Source of the DNA: Selaginella moellendorffii
Taxonomy: Eukaryota; Plantae; Lycopodiophyta
NCBI RefSeq assembly: GCF_000143415.4
Contig: NW_003314278.1
Location: 1,213,453 to 1,260,270, forward strand
Direction of reading: 5' to 3'
DNA length: 46,818 nucleotides
Shown here: positions 22,640 through 35,162 of the stretch, one piece after another
How positions within the stretch are numbered: position 1 is the first letter of the stretch
Layout: each line of letters begins with the position of its first letter
Notes under the pieces: generated by a model
Database searches by the model: none
Told to the model about the DNA's origin: nothing
What the model saw: the letters and a program-made list of their open reading frames with translations, nothing else
Made by a program: the position numbers and the translations under genes

Positions 22640-23456
22640 ACCCTAAAGCAAAGGGTGAAAGATGAGATTCCAGCGCTGTGTCTTCGTCATGAGAACATGC
22701 TGGCTGCTCCTCCCTCCCCCGCAATCTTCGCGAGATGTTTTTCCCGAACGAGATCAATCAGGAGCATGGTCTCAGCATGGTTCCAGTTCTTTCCCCGGGT
22801 TCTCTTCGCAGCAGCAGGTGCAGCAAAACCCAAGGTATCCACAAACTGGACAGCCTCGTCGTCGAGCTCCTCCATGTGAGCATCCGGGTCTTGTTCCAGA
22901 TCGGGGATGCTGTCATCTCCCTCTTCTTCATGACCCCGCCGGGAGCTCTCAATCACTCATGCATGCATGCAACCTAAGAAATGTAAACTCAAAGCCATCT
23001 CTGGTTCTCAAAGCAGTTGGAGCTCCCGGCACGCTGTGCTCCAGGGGAACTCCTCCGGACGTGGCTTGGGCTCCTCCGGGCGCGGCTTGGACTCCTCCCG
23101 CTGTGGCTTCGGCTCCTCCCACCGAGTCTTGGCCTCCTCCTGGCGATGATCCATGGCCTCCTCCTCCCGGAGAAGAACCGCGGCGTCCTCCTCCTAGAGT
23201 AGAACCATGGCCTCCTCCTCCCGGGGCACCCCCTCCTCGAGGCCTCAGAACCATGGCCTAATCCTCCCGGGGCCAGATTCAGAGATCCGCGGCCAACCCC
23301 GGCCAACCCCGGCCATTCCGCGCCCTCCTCCCACTCCATGGCCACCTCTCCCTCCATGGGCACCTCTTCCTCCTCCTGTTGGTGAAGATAGAGCACGAAC
23401 AGGCCCAGATCCCCATTTCCCAGAGCTCTGTTTATGGCGACTTCCTCCTCTTCCAA
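22640..23456 (-). mobile_element. Harbinger-associated Myb/SANT (trihelix-like) gene with Gly-rich N-terminus, degenerate, copy A
   Basis: KRTRGKNWNHAETMLLIDLVREK...RWNLI lies directly upstream of the HARBI1-like ORF. Confidence 0.72.
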
Positions 23457-24845
23457 CCCTAAAATCGGATTACCACCTCCTCAGGCCTCTCCATGTTTTA
23501 ATTCTCGGGCCGGCACCTAACCTAAGAATCTTCTCGAATATTTCCGGAATAAGTTTTAAGAACTTCCCTTAAAATAAAATGACCCCAACACTCGGGGTTT
23601 TTGAAAATTACTTTAGAATCCTCTAAATTCGCCTTTTTTTTTCGTGCGAATCCAAAATACCCATAAAAAATAAGGGTAAGTACATTACTTTAGCTTAAGT
23701 TATTGTGCAAATAGGGAAAACGTAAATTTTGAACTTTAATTTCGGGTAACTCTTGGTCCAGAGCTAAACTCTTATAAACATCTCTAAACATGCTCATTTA
23801 ATTAACAACCAACGAACGGAAAGATATCTTTACCAGCACTCCCCCACTAATTTTCTTTCGAAAATAAAAAACTAAAAGCAAAGAAGATATTATCAAACAC
23901 TATTTTTTCAATGTTTGTTTTTTTTCTTATTTTCTACTATTAATTAACTTACAACTCAATCACACAATATTTGGAGCTGGAAGAATTGAATCCAACTTAA
24001 TTTCAGCAAACTGATGAGGATGGACAATTTTTATTTTCATTTATTTTGCACTTCTTAATTTACATTTCTTAATTGTTTCTACTCTTCCTATACACACTTC
24101 TTCGGTGTATTTGGCCCATTATATTTAGCTGAAACACATGTACATGTACACTAGTACACTACGTACACTACGTACTAAGCCTATGATACACACTTGTTGC
24201 TAATTCTCAACGATTTGTGCATCTGCTGGTTGATACACACACACACACACTGTGTAGGGCTAGCTCCATCCACAAGAGAGCCTTGAGGTTGGGCACCAGA
24301 GGCTGGAAGAAGTCGTCACAGCAGAGAGCAAGCAGGTCACCACTCAGGACAAGCTCAAAAAATCTGGAAGGAAAACGTTGCCGAGGAACTGGTGAGTACG
24401 TTGCAAGAAACAAATGCCGTTGTCACCAGCTTCCACACGTCTTCAACGTGCTCTAGGAGCACAAACCCAAAGTTGGTCATGCTGCAAGCTGCCATCCATC
24501 ACCTTGCTCCCGGAACATGAGGCAGTACTTCCTATCAGCAAAGAGTTTAGGTACCGGCAAGTCTTCATACTAAGGCTTATTATCTGAATCTGGGCGCTCC
24601 GTTTTGGGGCACCTGTTGCCAAGTTTAGTCAGCATTCCCCAATTCTGCTACCAAAAGGAAATTTAAATTTAAGACAACGTGTCATCCTCCTTTTGCATAG
24701 TTTTAACTTTTAAATGTTAGTTTTTTCTCCGTGAAGTTCAGGTTGACGGCGGTACTTTGACGAGGCATGCAGCGGCCCATGTTTCTACTTGACTCACGGA
24801 GGGTTTAAAATCAGGGATAACTGCAAGAAAGAGCACTGACATGTT

Positions 24846-27800
24846 TTCAAAAGTACTTGTCACAGGAACATCTGCCATCCTGGAACACATGAACCCGACT
24901 GGCATCTTTGCAGATGATTAGCCTTTTTTCCAGCTTAGAGATGAGAGCAGTGGCCGCATGGCAATCGTCACAAACTCGGACCTTTTGCATAGTTTTAACT
25001 TTTAAATGTTAGTTTTTTCTCCGTGAAGTTCAGGTTGGCGGCAGTACTTTGACGAGGCATGCAGCGGCCCATGTTTCTGCTTGACTCACGGAGGGTTTAA
25101 AACCAGGGATAACTGCAAGAAAGAGCACTGACATGTTTTCAAAATTTGTTGCTGAGAATGAAAGAGGAGGGCTATGTGAGCGATGTGATCAACGTTCTAA
25201 AAGACATACCTGAGGAAGAGAAAGAGAGCTAACATCCGTCCACCAGCTTCTCCCGGGCTCCCTGAAGCTGCCTTCACCTCTCATTCTCTCCACAACAGCA
25301 GCCATTTCACTGAGCATCCCCAGGTTTCCAAATATATTGGCCATCAATGTGTAGGGCATGCCGCTCTTGGGATCCATCTCCACAAGACGCTCAAACGCGA
25401 GTTTGCCGATCGTGTAATTCTTCCACTTCCGGCAGGCTCCGAGCAGGGACGTCCAAACCACTGCATCCGGTTCAAAAGGCATGGCTCTGAGAACTCTCAC
25501 AGCTTCGTCAAGGAGGTTAGCTCGCCCGAGCATATCGATCAGGCATACATAATGCTCCAGACGTGGCTTGACTCCATACTGCTTGGGCATTTCATCCAGA
25601 AGCTGCCTTCCTTTCCCGACCAGACCACCATGGCTGCAAGCGTTCAACACCGAGACAAAACTCACATCGTCAGCTTTACAGCCCTCCTCCTGAGTCATGG
25701 AATAGAAACGCTCCAAGGCCTCGATCGATCGGCCCTGGAGAGTGTAAGCCTGTATAAGAGAGTTCCAGAGACCCGTGTTGTCCCGAGCTCGGCACTCGTC
25801 AAACGCTTCCTGAGCAGAATCAACATCGCCGCATTTGCCATAGAAGCTCACCAGGCTGGAGCCCAGAACTGGATTGTTTTTCAGCAGCCCCTCATGCTTC
25901 GCCAGCTGGTGAATCTCCCTCCCGAGCTTGATCGCCATCACACTCCCGCAAGCAACAAGGACGCAGGTGTAAGTGCAAGCATTAGCTTGAATGGTGTTAT
26001 CAGCTCTCAGGGCAGAGTAGTACTCCAGAGCAAGTTCAGCTCGCCCGTTCGTGTTGCAGCCCTGGATGATCGCGGTGTAGGACACAACACTCCGAGTTCC
26101 CATGGAGTGGAAAATCTTGCGAGCCTCATCAAGCTCGCCACACTTGCAGTACATGTCTACCAGGCAAGTCGCCATGTACAGACCTAGATGTTTCTTCTCC
26201 TTGCTCAGTACTGAATGGACTTCCATCCCGATGCGTAGAGCTCTCTCCCTCTTCTCGCTGGATTCGGTAGCAAGTGTGGAGCAGGCGCTGATCACCGCGA
26301 CATGTGTCCAATCATCAGGTTGAATGGTGTTATCAGCTCTCAGGGCAGAGTAGTACTCCAGAGCAAGTTCAGCTTGCCCGTTCGAGCCGCAGCCCTGGAT
26401 GATCGCGTTGTAGGACACAACACTTCGAGTTCCCATGGAGTGGAAAATCTTGCGAGCCTCCTCAAGCTCGCCACACTTGCAGTACATGTCTACCAGGCAA
26501 TTCGCCACGAACAGATCTACCTGTTTCTTCTCCTTGCTCAGCATTAAATGGATCTCCATCCCGATGCGTAGAGCTCTCTCCCTCTTCTCGCTGGATTCGG
26601 TAGCAAGTCTGGAGCAGGCGCTGATCACCGCGACATGAGTCCGATCGTTGGGTTGAATGGTGGTGCAAGCTCTCAGGGCAGAGTAGTACTCCAGAGCAAG
26701 TTCAGCTCGCCCGTTCGTGTTGCAGCCCTGGATGATCGCGGTGTAGGACACAACACTGCGAGTTCCCATGGAGTGGAAAATCTTGCGAGCCTCCTCAAGC
26801 TCGCCACACTTGCAGTACATGTCTACCAGGCAAGTCGCCATGTACAGACCTACATGTTTCTTCTCCTTGCTCAGTACTGAATGGACTTCCATCCCGATGC
26901 GTAGAGCTCTCTCCCTCTTCTCGCTGGATTCGGTAGCAAGTCTGGAGCACGCGCTGATCACCGCGACATGTGTCCAATCGTCGGGTTGAATGGTGTTATC
27001 AGCTCTCAGGGCAGAGTAGTACTCCAGAGCAAGTTCAGCTTGCCCGTTCGAGCCGCAGCCCTGGATGATCGCGTTGTAGGACACAACACTCCGAGTTCCC
27101 ATGGAGTGGAAAATCTTGCGAGCCTCCTCAAGCTCGCCACACTTGCAGTACATGTCTACCAGGCAAGTCGCCACGAACAGATCTACCTGTTTCTTCTCCT
27201 TGCTCAGCATTGAATGGATCCCCATCCCGATGCGTAGAGCTCTCTCCCTCTTCTCGCTGGATTCGGTAGCAAGTCTGGAGCAGGCGCTGATCACCGCGAC
27301 ATGAGTCCGATCGTTGGGTTGAATGGTGGTACAAGCTCTCAGGGCAGAGTAGTACTCCAGAGCAAGTTCAGGTTGCCCGTTCGAGCCGCAGCCCTGGATG
27401 ATCGCGTTGTAGGACACAACACTCCGGGTTCCCATGGAGTGGAAAATCTTGCGAGCCTCCTCAAGCTCGCCACACTTGCAGTACATGTCTACCAGGCAAG
27501 TCGCCACGAACAGATCTACCTGTTTCTTCTCCTTGCTCAGCATTGAATGGATCTCCATCCCGATGCGTAGAGCTCTCTCCCTCTTCTCGCTGGATTCGGT
27601 AGCAAGTCTGGAGCAGGCGCTGATCACCGCGACATGTGTCCAATCGTTGGGTTGAATGGTGGTACAAGCTCTCAGGGCAGAGTAGTACTCCAGAGCAAGT
27701 TCAGCTTGCCCGTTCGAGCCGCAGCCCTGGATGATCTCGTTGTAGGACACAACACTCCGGGTTCCCATGGAGTCGAAAATCTTGCGAGCCTCCTCAAGCT

Positions 27801-28205
27801 CGCCACACTTGCAGTACATATCGATCAATCCCGTCAACAAGTAGATGTTGCTTTTGTGCTCATCACTCTTGAGCACAGCTTCATGGGCTTGTTTTCCCAA
27901 AGAAAGGGATCTGCTCTCAGCTGAGTCTCTCACGCGGTGTATCAGCCTCCCTAAACTCACCGGTTCATCACCAGCTACAGGTGGGGTATGTGGAGATTTG
28001 TAGCGGGCCGTGGTGGCCTTACCTACAGCTGGGTCAGCGAGCGACTCGAGTTTTGCAGAGACCCAGGTTGGTGTTTTCCTGTTGGCGATCCCTCTCTCCG
28101 GTAGAAACATGTTTGAAATCCGGGTAGGACTCTGAGAAGAACTTGTTTTCCTTCTTGAACCTGTTGTCCCACCAGAAAGTGGGATCCCTGAAAAACGTTT
28201 TCCAC
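24846..28205 (-). pseudogene. PDF-PPR-DYW copy 2, disrupted
   Basis: A 5-nt deletion frameshifts the PDF motif near 28090. Five triplets and E1-E2 are intact. The DYW domain is broken after PGRSWWTDVS; the HSEKLA segment is absent; an internal piece is inverted (25146-25226); the C-terminal piece RVCDDCH...CSCDKYF* lies at 24846-24980. Confidence 0.9.
25981..27846 (-). repeat. 333-bp tandem PPR array, copy 2 (six P motifs)
   Basis: Period of 333 seen directly. Confidence 0.97.
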
Positions 28206-28449
28206 TGTGAGATTGTTGAGAAATGACAGACACACCACACAAACCCTAGCGCCGCACGCCGATTTGTTATTCTGCACTTAACTGCGTGTTTTCTGTTTTT
28301 TCTTTTTCTAATTCTTGTCCTTTTTAAACTTCACAATGTCACAGCAGAGTATAAATGTGAGTTAAGAGTTAACACGAGCTAAGAGTAAAAACGTTAGCAG
28401 CTTAAAAGAGGGAAGTAGGAATGCTCGGATGGAGTTCCACCAGGTAGAA

Positions 28450-29720
28450 AAGACAAGTCATACCTCATTGCTCCCAACCCCCTCCCTCCACCCGGTTGCC
28501 TACTTTAACCAAGCCCCGAAGCACCCAGCAGTCTTGGCGCACAGGGATGACATCAGCCCTAACCTCTTGCTCCACTGCTCCTACTTCTGAGCTGCTAGCA
28601 GCTTCTCCCCTCCTTAAAAAAAAAGGTCTGTTGTTCTCTTGGAGTTCAAGAGGCATCCTCTTCACCGTCTCCTCTGTTTTTGCTAGCTAATTAGCTCTTA
28701 CAAGAAGGAGCACAAGCCAAGTTCAGCTCTATCATCTCCTCTTTAAGACACCTCACCTCTTTGAAGCCATTCAGGAGAGCTAGCACGCTTCACGTCTAGA
28801 CGTCCCCCGCCCCCCTTTTTTTTTGCGATTGTCTCTTCAAACTCATCATACGTATTTAACTCACCAAACCTTACCAAGCCGAGTGCAGGTTTTTAAACCC
28901 CATGAGTCACCTTGGCCTTTTTCCATCTTCCAGTTGAGCTCTCCAACAGTCTTGACGTGCGGATGCGTGCAAACTGCTCCTTGAGCCAGGACCATTTCTC
29001 CAGGAGATAACTTATGCTACAACACTCTCCGCTCGACGATCTCAATGTGGAAAGATCCACAAAGCTGTCCCACTCATCATAGTTGTAGAAGATATCATCC
29101 TCATACTGCATCTGCAACCTTGCTCGAGCCCAAGCCTCCACCATCGCAAGCTTCTCCCTCATCTTGATCAGCTCACACTTGAGGCGGCAAAACAAGTCCA
29201 GGTCCTGAGGAACAACAATGGAATACACCTTTCCCGGGTACCTGTCTCGAAACCTGTGAAAGTACAGTGGACGATGTGGTGTTTCAGATCACAGCGGAAT
29301 GATAACTTGATGAAAGCAACAAAACCATCGAGCTCGCTCTTTGGGGATCAATTATCATCTCCTCCTTTGAAGCAATGAGCAGTAGGCCTTGATCACATCC
29401 AGAAGTACTAGAGATTGCAAAAGCAAGTTTGACACCAGTTATTTTGGCAACACAGAAGAAAAAGGAGAAAAATAAACTCAAGTTTCAAAATTTATAGAGA
29501 TCCATACAATCCAAATCAAGATCAATCCTCCACAAACTTAATGCCGCTTTCAGCACCTCCAAGCTCTGCCGAAAAACGTAGCCATGGTATGCCACAATCG
29601 TTCGCTTGAAAATCTGAAGATGTCAATCGAAGCATGTAAGCAAAAACATGAAGTAAAGAAGCGCAGGTGGACAACAAAGGAGATGAACTGAGCGAGGCCA
29701 AGAACACATATAAGGACTGA
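28450..29720 (-). pseudogene. Uncharacterised degenerate coding-like segment, copy 2 (spacer of the inverted repeat)
   Basis: Near-identical to 3850-5130. Confidence 0.3.
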
Positions 29721-30454
29721 ATGTAAGCACGTGAGGCCTCGCGTGGTTTTTTCCTCCGTGTGTGGCTTCATGTGCGAAGAGTTTGGTGTGGTAAGGTATG
29801 TTGCAGAGCAGCCAGAAGCCCAGGGTGAATATAAGTACGTGAGGCCTTGTGAGGTTTTACCACCGCCCGAGGACTCCTGTGCATGGGCCCCGGGCAAGAG
29901 TCATTTGCGAAGCTGTTCTGCATGAAACTGGTGCCCTCCCATGAAGAGCATTTTTTATTTAATTTGTGTAGAGTGTGGTTTATTTTTGCATATTGAGTGT
30001 ATTGATATCTTTTTGTTAGCAGATTCTATTGAAGAACTGAAGACTACCTACAGTTAAGTGCATGCAGCAACAAATCATATAAAAAATGAGTGCAGAGAAT
30101 AACAAATCGGGATTTCTAGGAAGTTCGTGCGTGTTATTAGTAATAATAATAATAATCATAAAAATTTGATGTTCAGCCAGTCAGAAGATTGTCTGAAAAT
30201 TATGCATGTACTGATTCTTCAGCTCTTGAGCAACTGATTGCTACTGGCTCACTTTCTATATATATCCAAGAGATTTTTTTTTAACAATAATGCTGCAGTT
30301 AAGCTGTGACATTGTAAAGTTTAAAAAGGAAAAGAATTGGAAAAAGAAAAAACAGAAAACACGACTACAGTTAAGTAATAACAAATCGGGATTTCTAGGG
30401 TATGCGTGCAGCACTAGGGTTTGTGTGGTGTGTGTGTCATTTCTCAACAATCTC

Positions 30455-33400
30455 ATGGAGTTCAGGGATCCCACTTTCTGGTGGGACAGCAGGTTCAAGA
30501 AGAAAAACAAGTTCTTCTCAGAGTCCTACCCGGATTTCAAACATGTTTCTACCGGAGAGAGCCTGTGGATCGCCAACAGGAAAACACCAACCTGGGTCTC
30601 TGCAAAACTCGAGTCGCTCGCTGACCCATCTGTAGGTAAGGCCACCACGGCCCGCTACAAATCTCCACATACCCCACCTGTAGCTGGTGATGAACCGGTG
30701 AGTTTAGGGAGGCTGATACACCGCGTGAGAAACTCAGCTGAGAGCAGATCCCTTTCTTTGGGAAAACAAGCCCATGAAGCTGTGCTCAAGAGTGATGAGC
30801 ACAAAAGCAACATCTACTTGTTGACGGGATTGATCGATATGTACTGCAAGTGTGGCGAACTTGAGGAGGCTCGCAAGATTTTCCACTCCATGGGAACCCG
30901 GAGTGTTGTGTCCTACAACGCGATCATCCAGGGCTGCGGCTCGAACGGGCAACCTGAACTTGCTCTGGAGTACTACTCTGCCCTGAGAGCTTGTACCACC
31001 ATTCAACCCAACGGTCGGACACATGTCGCGGTGATCAGCGCCTGCTCCAAACTTGCTACCGAATCCAGCGAGAAGAGGGAGAGAGCTCTACGCATCGGGA
31101 TGGGGATCCATTCAATGCTGAGCAAGGAGAAGAAACAGGTAGATCTGTTCGTGGCGACTTGCCTGGTAGACATGTACTGCAAGTGTGGCGAGCTTGAGGA
31201 GGCTCGCAAGATTTTCCACTCCATGGGAACTCGGAGTGTTGTGTCCTACAACGCGATCATCCAGGGCTGCGGCTTGAACGGGCAAGCTGAACTTGCTCTG
31301 GAGTACTACTCTGCCCTGAGAGCTGATAACACCATTCAACCCGACGATTGGACACATGTCGCGGTGATCAGCGCGTGCTCCAGACTTGCTACCGAATCCA
31401 GCGAGAAGAGGGAGAGAGCTCTACGCATCGGGATGGAAGTCCATTCAATGCTGAGCAAGGAGAAGAAACAGCTAGATCTGTTCGTGGCGAATTGCCTGGT
31501 AGACATGTACTGCAAGTGTGGCGAGCTTGAGGAGGCTCGCAAGATTTTCCACTCCATGGGAACTCGGAGTGTTGTGTCCTACACCGCGATCATCCAGGGC
31601 TGCAACACGAACGGGCGAGCTGAACTTGCTCTGGAGTACTACTCTGCCCTGAGAGCTTGTACCACCATTCAACCCAACGATCGGACTCATGTCGCGGTGA
31701 TCAGCGCCTGCTCCACACTTGCTACCGAATCCAGCGAGAAGAGGGAGAGAGCTCTACGCATCGGGATGGAAGTCCATTCAATACTGAGCAAGGAGAAGAA
31801 ACATCTAGGTCTGTACATGGCGACTTGCCTGGTAGACATGTACTGCAAGTGTGGCGAGCTTGAGGAGGCTTGCAAGATTTTCCACTCCATGGGAACTCGG
31901 AGTGTTGTGTCCTACACCGCGATCATCCAGGGCTGCAACACGAACGGGCGAGCTGAACTTGCTCTGGAGTACTACTCTGCCCTGAGAGCTGATAACACCA
32001 TTCAACCCGACGATCGGACTCATGTTGTGGTGATCAGCGCCTGCTCCACACTTGCTACCGAATCCAGCGAGAAGAGGGAGAGAGCTCTACGCATCGGGAT
32101 GGAGATCCATTCAATGCTGAGCAAGGAGAAGAAACAGCTAGATCTGTTCGTGGCGAATAGCCTGGTAGACATGTACTGCAAGTGTGGCGAGCTTGAGGAG
32201 GCTCGCAAGATTTTCCACTCCATGGGAACTCGGAGTGTTGTGTCCTACACCGCGATCATCCAGGGCTGCAACACGAACGGGCGAGCTGAACTTGCTCTGG
32301 AGTACTACTCTGCCCTGAGAGCTGATAACACCATTCAACCCGATGATCGGACTCATGTCGTGGTGATCAGCGCCTGCTCCACACTTGCTACCGAATCCAG
32401 CGAGAAGAGGGAGAGAGCTCTACGCATTGGGATAGAGATCCATTCAATGCTGAGCAAGGAGAAGAAACAGCTAGATCTGTTCGTGGCGAATTGCCTGGTA
32501 GACATGTACTGCAAGTGTGGCGAGCTTGAGGAGGCTCGCAAGATTTTCCACTCCATGGGAACTCGGAGTGTTGTGTCCTACACCGCGATCATCCAGGGCT
32601 GCAACACGAACGGGCGAGCTGAACTTGCTCTGGAGTACTACTCTGCCCTGAGAGCTGATAACACCATTCAAGCTAATGCTTGCACCTACACCTGCGTCCT
32701 TGTTGCTTGCGGGAGTGTGATGGCGATCAAGCTCGGGAGGGAGATTCACCAAGTGGCGAAGCATAAAGGGCTGCTGAAAAACGATCCAGTTCTGGGCTCC
32801 AGCCTGGTGAGCTTCTACGGCAAATGCGGCGATGTTGATTCTGCTCAGGAAGCGTTTGACGAGTGCCGAGCTCGGGACGACACGGGTCTCTGGAACTCTC
32901 TCATACAGGCTTACACTCTCCAGGGCCGATCGATTGAGGCCTTGGAGCGTTTCTATTCCATGACTCAGGAGGAGGGCTGTAAAGCTGACGATGTGAGTTT
33001 TGTCTTGGTGTTGAACGCTTGCAGCCATGGTGGTCTGGTCGGGAAAGGAAGGCAGCTTCTGGATGAAATGCCCAAGCAGTTTGGAGTCAAGCCACGTCTG
33101 GAGCATTATGTGTGCCTGATCGATATGCTCGGGCGAGCTAACCTCCTTGACGAAGCTGTGAGAGTTCTCAGAGCCATGCCTTTTGAACCGGATGCAGTGG
33201 TTTGGACGTCCCTGCTCGGAGCCTGCTGGAAGTGGAAGAATTACACGATCGGCAAACTCGCGTTTGAGCGTCTTGTGGAGATGGATCCCAAGAGCGGCAC
33301 GCCCTACGCATTGATGGCCAATATATTTGGAAACCTGGGGATGCTCAGTGAAAGGGCCGCTGTTGTGGAGAAAATGAGAGGTGAAAGCAGCTTCAGGGAG

Positions 33401-33814
33401 CCTGGGAGAAGCTGGTGGACGGATGTTAGCTCAGGAAAAGTGCATTCTTTTTCTGTCGGGGATAGGAGTCACTCACAGAGCGACGAGATTGCGGCCGAGC
33501 TCAAGCCATTGTTGCTGAGAATGAAAGAGGAGGGGTACGCGAGCGATGTGATCAACGTTCTAAAAGACATACCCGAGGAAGAGAAAGAGGATCACCTGTG
33601 CGGCCACAGTGAGAAGCTTGCGCTGGGGTGTGCTCTGGTGAACTCGCACCAGAAGGAGACCATCAGAATTGTGAAAAATCTCCAAGTTTGTGACGATTGC
33701 CATGCGGCCACTGCTCTCATCTCTAAGCTGGAAAAAAGGCTAATCATCTGCAAAGATGCCAGTCGGGTTCATGTGTTCCAGGATGGCAGATGTTCCTGTG
33801 ACAACTACTTTTGA
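30455..33814 (+). CDS. PDF-motif / PLS-PPR / E1-E2 / DYW:WW deaminase protein, copy 3
   Basis: Open frame (the track starts at 30290; ATG 30455 matches the copy-1 start). The PDF motif lacks WKTF and reads WWDSR. Five triplets; HSEKLA and CDDCH are intact; ends CSCDNYF. Confidence 0.92.
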   Translation: MEFRDPTFWWDSRFKKKNKFFSESYPDFKHVSTGESLWIANRKTPTWVSAKLESLADPSVGKATTARYKSPHTPPVAGDEPVSLGRLIHRVRNSAESRSLSLGKQAHEAVLKSDEHKSNIYLLTGLIDMYCKCGELEEARKIFHSMGTRSVVSYNAIIQGCGSNGQPELALEYYSALRACTTIQPNGRTHVAVISACSKLATESSEKRERALRIGMGIHSMLSKEKKQVDLFVATCLVDMYCKCGELEEARKIFHSMGTRSVVSYNAIIQGCGLNGQAELALEYYSALRADNTIQPDDWTHVAVISACSRLATESSEKRERALRIGMEVHSMLSKEKKQLDLFVANCLVDMYCKCGELEEARKIFHSMGTRSVVSYTAIIQGCNTNGRAELALEYYSALRACTTIQPNDRTHVAVISACSTLATESSEKRERALRIGMEVHSILSKEKKHLGLYMATCLVDMYCKCGELEEACKIFHSMGTRSVVSYTAIIQGCNTNGRAELALEYYSALRADNTIQPDDRTHVVVISACSTLATESSEKRERALRIGMEIHSMLSKEKKQLDLFVANSLVDMYCKCGELEEARKIFHSMGTRSVVSYTAIIQGCNTNGRAELALEYYSALRADNTIQPDDRTHVVVISACSTLATESSEKRERALRIGIEIHSMLSKEKKQLDLFVANCLVDMYCKCGELEEARKIFHSMGTRSVVSYTAIIQGCNTNGRAELALEYYSALRADNTIQANACTYTCVLVACGSVMAIKLGREIHQVAKHKGLLKNDPVLGSSLVSFYGKCGDVDSAQEAFDECRARDDTGLWNSLIQAYTLQGRSIEALERFYSMTQEEGCKADDVSFVLVLNACSHGGLVGKGRQLLDEMPKQFGVKPRLEHYVCLIDMLGRANLLDEAVRVLRAMPFEPDAVVWTSLLGACWKWKNYTIGKLAFERLVEMDPKSGTPYALMANIFGNLGMLSERAAVVEKMRGESSFREPGRSWWTDVSSGKVHSFSVGDRSHSQSDEIAAELKPLLLRMKEEGYASDVINVLKDIPEEEKEDHLCGHSEKLALGCALVNSHQKETIRIVKNLQVCDDCHAATALISKLEKRLIICKDASRVHVFQDGRCSCDNYF
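30812..32677 (+). repeat. 333-bp tandem PPR array, copy 3 (six P motifs)
   Basis: P motifs start at 30905 + n x 333. Confidence 0.97.
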
Positions 33815-35162
33815 AAACATGTCAGTGCTCTTTCTTGCAGTTATACCTGGTTTTAAACCCTCCGTGAGTCAAGCAGAAACATGGGCCGCTGAGTGAGCCG
33901 TCAACCTGAACTTCACGGAGAAAAAATTAACATTTAAAAGTTAAAACTATGCAAAAGGAGGATGACACGCTGTCTTAAATTTAAATTTCATTTTGATAGA
34001 ATCAGGGAATGCTGACTAAACCTGCCAACAGGTGCCCCAAAACGGAGCGCCCAGATTCAGATAATAAGCCTTAGTATGAAGACTTGCCGGTACCCAAACT
34101 CTTTGCTGATAGCAAATACCGCCTCATGTTCCGGGAGCAAGGTGATGGCGGCTTGCAGCATGACCAACTTTGGGTTTGTGCTCCTAGAGCACGTTGAAGA
34201 CGTGGAAGCTGGTGACGACGGCATTTGTTTCTTGCGACGTACTCACCAGTTCCTCGGCGACATCTTCCAGATTTTTTGAGCTTGTCGTGAGTGGTGACCT
34301 GCTTGCTCTCTCCTGTGAGCTAATTCTCAACGATTTGTGCATCTGCTGGTTGATACACACACACACACACACACTGTGTATGGCTAGCTCCATCCACAAG
34401 AGAGCCTTGAGGTTGGGCACCAGAGGCTGGAAGAAGTCGAACAAGTGTGTATCATAGGCTTAGTACGTAGTGTACTAGTGTACATGTACATGTGTTTCAG
34501 CTAAATATAATGGGCCAAATACACCGAAAAGTGTGTATAAAAAGAGTAGAAACAAATTAAGAAATGTAAATTAAGAAGTGCAAAAGAAATGAAAATAAAA
34601 ATTGTCCATCCTCATCAGTTTGCTGAAATTAAGTTGGATTCAATTCTTCCAGCTCCAAATATTGTGTGATTGAGTTGTAAGTTAATTAATAGTAGAAAAT
34701 AAGAAAAAAAACAAACATTGAAAAAATAGTGTTTGATAATATCTTCTTTGCTTTTAGTTTTTAATTTTCGAAAGACATTAGTGGGGGAGTGCTGGTAAAG
34801 ATATCTTGGCCGTTCATTGGTGGATAATTAAATGAGCATGTTTAGAGATGTTTATAAGAGTTTAGCTCTGGACCAAGAGTTACCCGAAAATTAAAGTTCA
34901 AAATTTAGCACAATAACTTAAGCTAAAGTAATGTACTTACCCTTATTTTTTATGGGAAAATTATTAGTATTTTGGATTCGCACGAAAAAAAAAGGCGAAT
35001 TTAGAGGATTCTAAAGTAATTTTCAAAAACCCCGACCAAATCTAAAGTGTTGGGGTCATTTTATTTTAAGGGAAGTTAAAAATTATTCCGGAAATATTCG
35101 AGAAGATCTTAGGTAAGGCTTTCGCAGAAGATCTGATCTCGCGGCAGGGTCCGATTTTAGGG

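Larger units (their letters stand above)
16219..28345 (-). repeat. Left arm of a ~12-kb inverted duplication (partner 30302-42141)
   Basis: The reverse complement is colinear with the right arm: PPR, 3' flank, Harbinger, RRP5 block, LTR, PBS, gag. Confidence 0.88.

Noticed and set aside
22662-23261. Pro-rich 'extensin-like' ORFs (also 11733-12161 and 35234-35959)
   Set aside because: They are the antisense of the Gly-rich GGA repeats in the Harbinger Myb gene.
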